A DNA stretch of 64,000 nucleotides from Klebsormidium nitens (Eukaryota > Plantae > Klebsormidiophyceae), in NCBI GenBank assembly GCA_000708835.1, contig DF237264.1:1-64000 (forward strand), in the 5' to 3' direction. Positions within the stretch are counted from its first letter, which is position 1. Every line of letters begins with the position of its first letter. Of this stretch, positions 12,286 to 23,200 are shown one piece after another. The position numbers and the translations under genes are program-made. The notes beneath the pieces are model-generated. The model was given only the letters and a program-made list of their open reading frames with translations, was not told the DNA's origin and did not search any database.

Positions 12286-14247
12286 CTACGGCTTGAAGAT
12301 GCTCGGGTTGAAGGCGGCGCGGTACAGCTGCCACAGCTTCTGGCCTCCGCTGACGTTATTCATGCGCCAGATGCTGTCATACTCGAGCACAAAGTTGAGC
12401 GTCTGCTCCTTGATGTGGACGAACACGCTCAGAGGGTCCCCGCCCAAGAAGCCGAAGCGAGAGACCTGGCAGGATTGAAAAAAAGGGCGGCATTCATTAC
12501 GAACAAGGCTGAGCGTAGTTCCTGGCATGACAGAAGAGAAGGGGTGAGCATTAGATGCCCAAAGCGAGGGACCATACACGGCAAAAGAGAAGCCGGCACA
12601 AGAACGCGTTGTTCAAAGGGAAAAACTCTTCTGATTCAGGCCCCGCTTTTGTTTCTAAATTTTGCTGTAAGAAGTTGGGAAACAGATCAAGGATGCAAAC
12701 GAAGCCGTCTTTCAGTCCGGCGGCTAAGGTCACCGTTATCAAAGCGGCTGGCCTTGGATGAAATGGCGAAGCATCCTCCCAGACTAAAAGAGTGTGAGGC
12801 AAGATGAAGGCAAAGGAAGCTTCTGCCCGATCTCGTCCACGCTTGCAGAAGCATGCCCATAGACCTAGCTCGTTTCATCTCGAAACACTTCAGGAATAGT
12901 AAGCTCAAGGAGTATTGAGATCACCAGCCTGGGACGGGTAGGGTTAATTAGTTTGGGGGTTAGGGTGGGTTCGGGTGCGGAGCGGGTTGTTTCTATAGGT
13001 TAGGATTCTAGTATTCGGTTTGAGCTTACTATTCCCTGAGCTCACTATTCCTGAAGTGTCGCGACATGCTCGAATTTCACATATGCATGTTGAGGAGGGG
13101 TTTGAATCTGGAAGGAAGCCAATGATAAACAATCTTGCCTGGTACGTTTAAGTAGGCAAAAGGATTCCTCTCATGATCAGCTTGCTCATTTCAGCAGATG
13201 AAGAAGACTCACGTCGATGTTTGCATTGACGTCGATGCCTGGCGCGAACTCGAACGGGCGGTTGAACGCCTCCAGAGCTGGGTCAAAGTTGGGAACGGTC
13301 TGCCCGGCACTGGGCGCACCGGGTGGCTGGACAAACGTCGCATCGTTCGCCACGTACTTGTCGAAGGTAGCAAAGTCCCTATTGACTGCTCCTATAGCCA
13401 AGGCGAGAGAGCTCTGGCCGACGCCGCGGAGCGCGCGTGCATTGGCGCCTGCTGCGTCGACCGTGAAGGTCTCAGCGCCTGCACTACAGGTGGCGTTAGG
13501 AATGTTGAGTATATTCTTGTATTGAGGTTTAAAAGGTCGAAAGCAGTGCGAGCTCAGACAGCCTAATCTTTTTGAAGGGACACAACTCATGAAGGCTTGG
13601 CTTGAGGGCTAAACTGCAAACTTATCTGAATATCTGTGCACGCAATTTTTATTGTCAGTACTTCAGACCAGGCTGAGCATGTACGGTGGGCACTGTCTAG
13701 AAGAGATCCATCAGGACAAGAAAAGCCGTTACTAATCGTTTGGTTGAAGGGCACTCCTTCGTCCAAGCCTGCTTGCAACTCGTGTGTAGTGAATAACGAG
13801 TTGGAGAGTTTTCTACAATGAACAGCTCCAGGATCTCCAAAGGGCTTTTCAAATAAGGCTGTTTAAGCGAGGCCACTGCTCAAGCTGCTCAAACTGTTAA
13901 TTGACGCGTCCTACATTAAGTTGACCTGCGGATATATAGCAGGGGACTGCCGCCTGTAGTGGACTCCAAAAATGCAACAAAAATTTTCTGGTGTGTACAG
14001 TTCGTTACTGAAGAAAGAGCTTCTTCAAGCATAGTAGAAATAAGCTCGATATACTGTCACCTTTCGTGCAGAAGAGCTGGCTCCCATCAGCGTTGAAGAC
14101 CGGACTGTAGCCCAGCTCGTAAGGGCACAAGGCGGGATCCGGGCTCGTTGCCAGCACACCGCAGACGTTAGTAACGGAAACCAGAACAAAGAGAAGGGTG
14201 CATGCCACGTGGAGGCTAGCATGGAAGGCCTTGGTGCGGCTGGCCAT
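12286..14247 (-). CDS. Secreted protein of about 210 aa, probable NTF2/SnoaL-like fold
   Basis: Exons 14247-14061, 13478-13213, 12465-12286 with canonical GT-AG sites and matching phases 1 and 0. N-terminal hydrophobic signal (LHVACTLLFVLVSVTNVCG). Segments DFATFDKYVANDATFVQP and YDSIWRMNNVSGGQKLWQLY resemble the NTF2-like pattern (fold call is inference). Confidence 0.75.
12885..13059. mobile_element. MITE-like element with terminal inverted repeats and a telomere-like G-rich core, copy 1
   Basis: acacttcaggaatagtaagctca (12885-12907) and tgagctcactattcctgaagtgt (13037-13059) are inverted repeats with 1 mismatch. Core cagcctgggacgggtagggttaattagtttgggggttagggtgggttcgggtgcggagcggg is shared with 54915-54972. 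Confidence 0.7.
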
Positions 14248-16264
14248 GGCGACCGTTCTGCTAAAGGAATTAGTTGCTCTGGCCGAACAGCAGTCCGTCA
14301 GCTGTTATGATGAAAGCAGATTGCTGTTTAGAAGCTTACGAAAGTTTCTGAGCGCGAGGAGCTCAACGTTAGCCGCGTTGCAGAAGCTTGGGTTCCGTAT
14401 GAACGTCCTGCAACGCCGGGACTCGACTGCGCCAATGGCACCTTCGCTACTGGTTTGACAAAGTGTCCGCAGAGAGTTGGCACCGTAACACCCGGTTGTC
14501 GGAAGCAAGGTACGGTATCCCGCAACGGCGCAGTTGCGTTAACATCGCTAGGCAGTGCATCTAGCCTTATTCTAAGGGCTGCTCTAGGTTAGGCTACCTG
14601 ATCGCTGGCAACGGAGTTGAACGGACGGGCATCGTCGGTCACGCAATAGGTAGCTATTCGGACGGCCCAAACTTCAAAGGCGGTGGCGGGCGGCGTCCGA
14701 TCCAGCCCAATCGTACGATACGGTGACGGCGGCGCTGGATGACGTCTTCGGACTTTCCAGGATGATCCCGCTCACTAAATGCGGTGCTTTACGAAGTGCA
14801 CCCTACTGCAGTACGGTGCCGTCCGATCGGAAGGCTCACCTCATCGGACGGCCGTATGGATCTGCGCAACAGAGGCGGCAGCTTCCAGCTGACGGAAGCA
14901 CCATCGCGGAAACAACTGAAGCTTGTGTTGACAGCATACGGTATATGGCGGAAGCTTGATCATGCTGAATGCTTGCCAAGCGTGTTTGCCCCGGATCAGT
15001 GCTTGAATAGCAGGGCGGAGAGCAGGCACGGCGCGCCACAAGCCCCTGCTGCTGATTCTGCCACTGGCAATATTGCGGGCGTGCGAATCGCCGTCATGCC
15101 GGGCAGCTTATTTTAAGGCTGCATTGAGGAAAGTGTAAACAGAAAGTGACGGAAGAGTTGCTTGTTGCTTTCCTGGTCGTCCCTGCATTCTTGGGGTGGA
15201 TGACGTTGAATGTGCTTGATCGTGGGGAAACATAATCCTGGGTGGTTTGGAGCAATTCCAGAGTCGGAGGCAGCACACGCGAAGGACCGCCCTCCGCGGA
15301 CGCTAGCAGGTGAGCAATGCACCACCGCACAGAAACTTCGCGAAGCTTGCCGACTTATATGAATTCCTGCTGGGATTTTTTGTTTCTACATCAACAGTTC
15401 AGTTGCTACATTGCATTAGCAACCTCAATTTCTTGTATGCTAGCTCGTCTGCTCAGATAAATGCATTCAACTGCTACACACCTGCAGATGTTCAGGCTTT
15501 AGAACGTAAGCTAACGCAATGCTTTTAGACAGCGCCAGAAAGTACCTGCATCAATCTCCATTTCTTTGAGCATAACACATGGGGCCTCGCCGGTGTGATC
15601 GTATTGGAAGATAGCAGCCTGCCAACTGTGCTTACAATCAGTCACTTTCGACCTGAAAAGAGATGGTGCCAGCTCAATCGAACTCAAACTTTGATTTGCT
15701 GGACTGTCTTTGCCTACTGCTGTGCACAAATATCTGCAAAAGCTGGCTACTTCTTTGTTCCATTGATGAGCTGGTTGTGCCCCATTTTATGAAGACTGCA
15801 GCAGTTTCCTACCCCTATAAACTGAGTGACTCTCCATTTCAAAAAGAGCATGACGCCAAAACCTCCTTTCATGCTGCCGGAGTCCCATGGACGGACTTTC
15901 TCAATATCAACAGCATTGTGCTCTCTTCATGTATTGAAGCATTGGACAATGCCCCTCTTGCAAGGGGCGATCGGATTTCGTTAATTCTTTGATCTCTCTT
16001 CTGAAGTCTCATTTTTCGATCTTCACTTTTGAAGTCTCAGCTGCAGGGCTGCGGCGATTATGAGACGGCCGGTAGGCCCGGTAAACTTAAAACCTCTGAT
16101 TTGCCTGCTTGGCGCTTCCAATGTTTATGGGGCTTATGGGTAGGGAGCACCTGAGAAAGTACAGTTCTTGAGAAATTCTGAAGGAGGCAGTACTGTATCT
16201 CGTTATTGTTCCGGATAATGTATCATTTGTGAAACAGGCTAACATGGTGCTCTCACTAACCCCT

Positions 16265-17705
16265 AGACGGGGGGTAAGACTGGGGCCCACAGGAGTCTGA
16301 GAGGCGCACCTTGAATGCACCGGCGCCCCCCTGATTTGCTTTGTCATCCCCCTGAATGCCTGAGCTCTATTAACTGTCAGTCTTCAGGCAAAAATCGCAC
16401 TTCGTCTCACATCGCACTTCGTCTCACTTTTATCCGGGGGGTCTGCTGATCGCCACCAAAGTTTAAGAAGCGCGCCTAAAAGCCCTAGGCACCGGCAGCC
16501 CCCTGAGTTGCCCTTTTTTTTACTTCCTCCCCCTCGATGCCTGACCTCTATCCAGTACTGTCACCTCCAGGCCGAGATGGTTCTTCCTTTCATCTTTATC
16601 CGGGGAGGTCAACTGATCGCAAGGTCCGCGGAGGCGCACCTGAAGGCGCTTGGTACAGGTCACCCCCTCGTTAAACCCCCTCTTATTCCCTTGACCACCT
16701 CTAGTTGTCGTCATTTTCCAGGCGAATATGGTTCTTCCCTTCATCTTCATCCGAGGGGGTCGTCTGATCGCGACCAAAGTCCGAGAGGCGCACCTGAAAG
16801 CGCTTGGCACGGGCAGCCCCCTGCGAATCATCAACGAAGATGGGAAACCCGGTCACAAGCAGTTCTACTTTGTTGAGGCGGACGAGGAGCATCAGGTGGG
16901 GGGTACTCCACCTTTCACTATCTGCTAGAGCCTTTCTGAGTCAATTGATTAACTCATTCTCGAGTTCACTTCGTTGGAGCAGACAACCTGGATCTTTAAC
17001 TATTGAGAGTAGACGCATAGACACTGGCGAGCAATTGACGAAGATGGGAAGTAGCTAGGTCACAAGCAGTTCTACTTTATCGAGGCCGATGAGGAGCATC
17101 AGGTGGGGGGTACTCCACCTCACATTTTCTGCTGATCCTTTGTGAGTTGGTTGTTTTCTCATTCTCGAGTTCACTTCGTTGGAACAAACAACCTTTGATT
17201 TCATCCTTATTGAGTTGGACGCATAGACACTACTGAGCAATTGACGAAGACGTTAAGCCCGGTCATAAGCAGTTCTACTTTGTCGAGGCGGACGTGGGGG
17301 GTACTCCACCATCCATTATCTGTTCGGCCTTTCTGGGTTGATTCTTCTCTCATTCTCCGGGTTTATTTTCTTAAAGCAGAGGACCTTCATTCTTTTCTTA
17401 TTGAGGCGGGCGCGTAGGCACTTGCGAGCAATTGACGAAGATGGAAAGCTCGGTCAAAAGCAGTTCTACTTTGTCGAGGCGGACGAGGAGCATCAGGTGG
17501 GGGGTACTCCGCCTTACATTGTCTGCTGATCCTTTGAGAGTTGGTTGTTTTGTCATTCTCCGGGTTTACTTGGAGCAGACAACTTTGCTTTTATTGTAAT
17601 TGAGGTGGACGCATAGACACCTGTCAGCAATTGACGAGCATGGAAAGCCCGGTCACAAGCAGTTCTACTTTGTTGGAGCATCAGGTAGGGGACAACTCCA
17701 GGTGT
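16265..17705 (+). repeat. Array of degenerate copies of both ends of the exon at 16722-16895 (3 upstream, 4 downstream)
   Basis: The 5' motif gaggcgcacctgaa..gcac.ggc..cccctg recurs at about 16265, 16425, 16571. The 3' motif cacaagcagttctactttgt.gaggcggac..caggtggggg.tactcc recurs at about 17030, 17235, 17425, 17625 with a period of about 200 bp. Confidence 0.9.
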
Positions 17706-18645
17706 CACTAAGTTTTGATTGAGCATCGATCTCTCGTGAGGGGATCACTCTTTTGAATTTCTAGGTCCGTTCTATTTGGAGTAGATTGAAAGAGGTTGCT
17801 GACCTGCCTTGTGTTTCGGTTCATCGGTCCCCTGTTTGGCAGCAACTTGTCTTTTTTGCGGGCGTCGACAAAGACTGTAAGGATTTGGTTTTGGGGGAGA
17901 CGCTCGTTGTCTTTTTCGTGCAGAATGGTGGCAGAATGTGCCGACAGTTTGATTTCCTTTTTGACGCTTTCGTTCGCTGGCATGCAAAAAGGGAAGGGCG
18001 GAGCAATGCAGCTGCAGTACGACTTCGATGAAATAATCTGAGAGGTGGACCAACTTTTAACTTTGAGCTCATGCTCGAGCATGAGCTCAACGCAAATGCT
18101 CTTTCTCCGAGTACGTTGACTCCATCAAGCATTCAATAATTATCTTCGGTTGAGACGAGCATCTCATTTGCGCTAAGAACATTCAAGGCGGTCCTTCCAG
18201 TATTAACAAAGAGTCTGTTTGGACCTCCCGCGCCTCACCTCGCAAGTCGTATGCATCTCAAAGATTGTTTTTTGTAATGTTCAAGTATTGGCTTGTGCGC
18301 ACCCAAGCATTTTTCGATATCAACTTTAGGGCCGTTTCCTCCTGCGAACTCCCACAGGTGTGGCTCTGCTGGAGGTCGGGCTTCATCCCGCGCAAGCACA
18401 GGATCCAGGTCCTGACGACGCCACGTGTCGAAGAGGCGAAGGACGAAGAGGAGCGCGCGCACATCATCATCAAAACCCCGGACGGTGACATGACCCTCGA
18501 GGCGCCCAAAGACAAGGAGTTGTTTGAGCTGTGGACACGTAAGCTGACGGAGTTGGTGGAAGACCAGGCGGCGCTACAGGCGGGCGCGCGCGCGAGCGAG
18601 AAACTAGAAGCGGGGGGCGCGGGGAAAAGCGCAGCAATAGCTTAA
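16722..18645 (+). CDS. Small PH-like domain protein (at least 150 aa; further upstream exons not excluded)
   Basis: Exons 16722-16895 (CAG|GCG AAT ATG..CAG|GT) and 18358-18645 (phase 0, TAA). The sequence GSPLRIINEDGKPGHKQFYF..VWLCWRSG..HIIIKTPDGDMTLEA..ELWTRKLTEL fits a PH fold with the conserved C-terminal helix Trp (inference). Confidence 0.7.
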
Positions 18646-18903
18646 GCTTACGTATTTTATGGAAGACCAGGCAAGCGGCGCTGCAGGCGGGCGCGCGCGA
18701 GAGCGAGGAACTAGAGGCGGGAGGCGCGGCCGCGGAGGGCGCAGGGAAGAGCGCAGCAGTAGCTTAAGCTGACAGAGTTGGTCGAAGACCAGGCGGCGCT
18801 ACAGGCGGGCGCGCGCGCGAGCGACAAACTAGAAGCGGGAGGCTGATCGAGGGTGCAGGAAAGAGCGCAGCAGTAGCTTAAGCTGACGGAGTTGGTCGAG
18901 GAA
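18541..18903 (+). repeat. Tandem triplication (plus a partial unit) of the last coding about 110 bp and stop of the PH-like gene
   Basis: Units aagctgac.gagttgg..gaagaccaggcggcgct.caggcgggcgcgcgcg..agcgcagca.tagcttaagct, joined at an AAGCT microhomology. Confidence 0.9.
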
Positions 18904-20209
18904 CGGCCGTGCCGCCCTACATAGAGGCGGGGGCCGGGTGGGCGCGGGCGCGAGGATGTGTTTTCAAAGCGTGCGGGACACCACTTAAGTCAGAAAGATT
19001 TGACGGTACGTCGAGGGTTGCGTCGATCCAAGGCGCGGATGTGGGTGCCGGGGCATCAGTGGGTGCGTACGTCAACTTTGATTCATGGCGCGCATTGTGA
19101 TCACTTTTCAAGTTCAAGTGAATATGATTGGATCACTCATCCCCCAACAGACATCACATGATCAGAATTGTTGTATATGATTATAATGAATGAAGCTTAA
19201 TTGGAAGACGCTTGGAACAAGCGTCTGACCTGTACTTAAGACAGTGACACCAACGCTGATTCTTGCTAATCTGGAAACCGCGAATAGTGAGAGTGCGTGC
19301 GGCTCTGCCATTCGAACTAATATCATTTGCATGATCGGATGGACTAACCGTACGTACGTAGCCGGCCTCTTGTGAATTAATTAGAGTCTTAAACAAAATT
19401 TCCCATGAAGCCTGTCACCGGGTGGCCCATGACCGTCTGTGTCGGGTTTGGTTGCACATGGCGTAACTTTGCAATTAAGACAACCCGATCATTTGTTGTA
19501 GATAGAGTCTGGCCAGTCCATATGATTGATACCATGACTATTATCACACAAACGCGTTTAACTTACCCGCGAATTGCATATGTATCCATATATGCGCGTA
19601 CATACCTACATGTATTAACCGTTGAGCATGTTCACACAGCATGCAGCGATTAGTGCGCCGGGTCCAGTGATTCACGAGTTCTGCCAGCCCGCATTCAAGC
19701 CGGGCTTAGATCTTATAATGATATATTGCATGCATCACACGGCATGCATGCCAGTGGGTTCTCGGTGCGAATCCGTTCACGTCAATTCAAGTACGGTAAA
19801 GGGTGACTCAGTGTGCAGCAGCAATCTGACTCGGAGAGCCATTATACGTGCATAATGTCAGCAGCAATCATATCCATGCACACCGCAGCCGCGCAGCGAT
19901 GAACCACTGGCATTCGATGATCCAGAATCTAAAACGTACATACGCAATCGTGCCGGGCACCGCCGGCCAAAGGTAAGAGCTGCAAGCTCTTGAAGAAAAG
20001 CACATTGTCATATCCAGATGAACATATTGATCATCGGATGGGGTAATTAGTGGAGATGGGTCGACTTCAACTGCCCGTCGGGGGATAAGGCGCTTTGCCT
20101 TTCCCCGCACGGATGCCTTCAAGTGCGAGCGGGATGGTAAGACGAACGCTTACATTTTACGACAAGGGCCGGAGTTCGACTCGGCTTGATACCTTTATGC
20201 CGAAAGGCC

Positions 20210-23200
20210 TCACAACCGGTGCATATTAAGCGAAGTGGGCAGCGGCGCCCCTCGATCCTGCGACCCCTGCTTGGTCGACATGATCGCTACGGCCGCCCCT
20301 AACAGCGGCAGGACTAGAACCCACTTAATAATCCGGTAGAAGTACATGTTGAAAAGCACCGCAAACTCGTCGCTGTAGTAAAGCTTGTGTTCGTCCTCCA
20401 TTTCCAGAACGACGTGGGCGTGCGTGCGAACGGGGGGGACGGGAAGCCGGACGGTGTATACCCCGGGCATGGAGTAGGTTTGTCGAACTTGGTGCGTTTT
20501 GTGACCGGGGGCCATTAAAGAGACCTGTAGAAAGGGTACACCAAAACAAGGTTAGTGTGGGACGTCAGCAGGGTGGAGATGCGGGAATGGTGTGCCACCT
20601 CTGAATTCCTAAAAGATCAACTTGACGTCATTGCAGTAACAGGTACCGTCTGGATGGTGCCACGTGGTCATGGGACTGCCGATGTCGGAGATGATGCAGA
20701 ATCAACAATTGTACCCCGCGTTATTCTGACCAATTGTGCCCTTATCGTGGCAAGCACACACGGATTCTTCGGCTGCACACCACTTAACCTCCCTGCACTT
20801 GGGAGGTCGCTTTCAATCCCTTTCATTCCTTGTGTTTTGCTCCGCATGGCGAAACGTGGTAACGCCGCTACCTGGCAAAGACTCCAAAAAACCGGCCGTC
20901 CAACGAACAGCGTTGAAACCGTTTGTAATGTAGCAGAAGCCCTAAAACGCACAAATGCCGACAAGCTCAGAAGGAACAAGGCCCAATACTTTCTCGTAGC
21001 AGCCTCACCGTGACAGTGTAATTGGTCCCCATTGGCCCCAGATCGAGCACCTCAAATTGCACGGGGAAGCTTTCCCCGCCCATGTCCCGGAGTTGCCGCG
21101 AAGATGGCAGTGCGGATACGCCCTTGGTTTGCCGGGGAAAGGCTGCGTTACGGTGGTGGTTTTGGGCGGGCCATGCCTGCAACAGATCAAAAATAAATCT
21201 GGGCTCTCAGAAAAGTGCTTTGGTACCGACTGGCATTCATATCCGCGCCAAAACGTCTCATTAGTGTTGCAGTAATCGACGCACCTTATGGGACTGCCCG
21301 TTTAGAAGCAGGTTAACGCTTGAGTTTATCAATGCCACCAGCAGGAACATTTTTGGGGGCCACATTCACACAAGTGATCGCAGGACCAAAGCCCTAGGAA
21401 CGAAACTCAGGAAGAAGCCTGAAAGGGGTATTACCAGATCCCTGAAAAAGCCTGAAAGGGGTATTACCAGATCCCCCTTCAGGCTTCTTTCTGAGGGGGC
21501 AGTGAGGAACCTCCCTCTGTAAGCAGTAAGCGATCCCGTTCATCGGGTACGCAAAGAAGTCACTCTCTTCCAGATTCACTGTTGACAACAATGACTCAAG
21601 GACAACTCACCAAGAGGCTACAGAATTGGAAACTTAGGAAATCTGTGTGATCACCGCCCCTTAAGCAAATGATAGAGGACCTCCGTCTGGAAGCAGTCCA
21701 CGTTCCCATTCACCGTCTTCAAAAACATTTCTCTTCTCTTACACGAAGTCTGTAGAAGATACGAACCAATATACTGCCGAAAAGTTGAGCAATCAAACTC
21801 CGAACACATCCAAGAGATCAATTCACCTTGAGAGGATGAAAGAGGACCTCTGTCTGGAAGCAGTACACGTTCCCATTCATGGTCGCCACCAGCAGGTCCA
21901 TCTCCGGCCCCCCGTGCACGTTCTCCGCGAGCACCATGCTATACGCCGTCTCCCCGACGTCGATGACGTCAGCGCACCCGGTCTCGCCCTCGATCATGTA
22001 CACGAACCCGTCGAATGACGTCACCACGAGGTCCAGCCCGGCGCCCCGCGGCCGCGAGCGCTTGAGGTTGACCAGCAGGACGGGAGCCATCACGCGGCCG
22101 TGCGTGCGGAACGGGAACGGCGCGACGTCGAGGCCGGTGTCGCCGCGGACCGCATACACGTGGCCGGACGTCGTGCCGAAGACGACCTCGGCGTGGCCGT
22201 CGCCGTCAACATCGCCGACCGATACGCCCTGAAGAGAAAACGAGAAACTGATGTTTCAATGTCAGGGACTTTCGAATCCAGGTTTGGACTCAGTTTGCAA
22301 GAGATTGTATTGCTGCGAATCGCGTACATGCGGTCGGACGTCGTGCCAAAAACGACCTCGGCCACGTAATATTGACTTTCAGGGGTTCAGGGAGACACCG
22401 CAATGCGGGGTGGGCAGATCTGGGATAGAAGGCGCGCATTGTGAAGCCAAGAACAGCGTACACGTGCTCGATCGTCGTTGCTTAAAACGACCTTAGAATG
22501 GCCGTTCCTTTCATTGTCGCCGGGCCTTGGTTTTCCAACCAAGACAGACTCTCATTCCTCGCATGCGAAACTTTCGACCTCCAAACACATCCATCTATTT
22601 CCCGCAGCCGATCGATCTTGCCCCACATGTGTCAAGATCGACTTGATCCGTCGATATGACAAAGAGTGCCCGGGAAACGTGGCCAGTACAAATCAATAAC
22701 TGCAGCCTAATGTGGGGCCAACTGGAAGCACTCCGACAACTCAGCCGATGGGGGATACAATTCACACATGCTTTGCCAAATGACGGTCCGGCGTTCTGCG
22801 TATTGGGACAAGAGCTTCAACATTCCTAATATGAGAACCTGAACAAATGAGCACAATGTGACGGCGCGGCCGTGACGCGTACAGTGACCACGAGCGGCCA
22901 AACGACACGCCTTGCAAGAAGCGCGACCTAACGAGAACTGGAAGAGCTTTGAGAAACTTTGATCTGGAAATGAAGGCTATTCCTTTGTAACAGATGACTT
23001 GATTGATGGCTCGTCTCGCTGAAGAACTGGAACAACTAGATGGGTGACACCTTCATCAGGGTCGGTCTTTCGTCCCTGCCGATATAAGGGACTGCCTGAA
23101 AGCGCAGAGTCAAGAAACCAAGCAACTCGCCGTCAACGGGTGGAAATTATCTGGGACGAGGAGTCCTCGAGATGTAGAAACGGCCGGCGATTGGGGCCTC

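Noticed and set aside
12930-12985. True telomere or interstitial telomeric array
   Set aside because: Only isolated GGGTTAG-like units inside an inverted-repeat element; no tandem array.
13198-13566. Plus-strand 122-aa ORF preceded by an AG
   Set aside because: Antisense to exon 2 of the phase-consistent minus-strand secreted gene.
15244-15510. Candidate upstream mini-exons of the PH-like gene
   Set aside because: Splice signals are present, but I could not join them in frame to 16722; they may be UTR exons or chance.
16800-17705. CRISPR-like repeat/spacer appearance
   Set aside because: The units are about 200-bp duplications of an exon end plus intron; the apparent spacers are themselves homologous; eukaryotic context and no cas genes.
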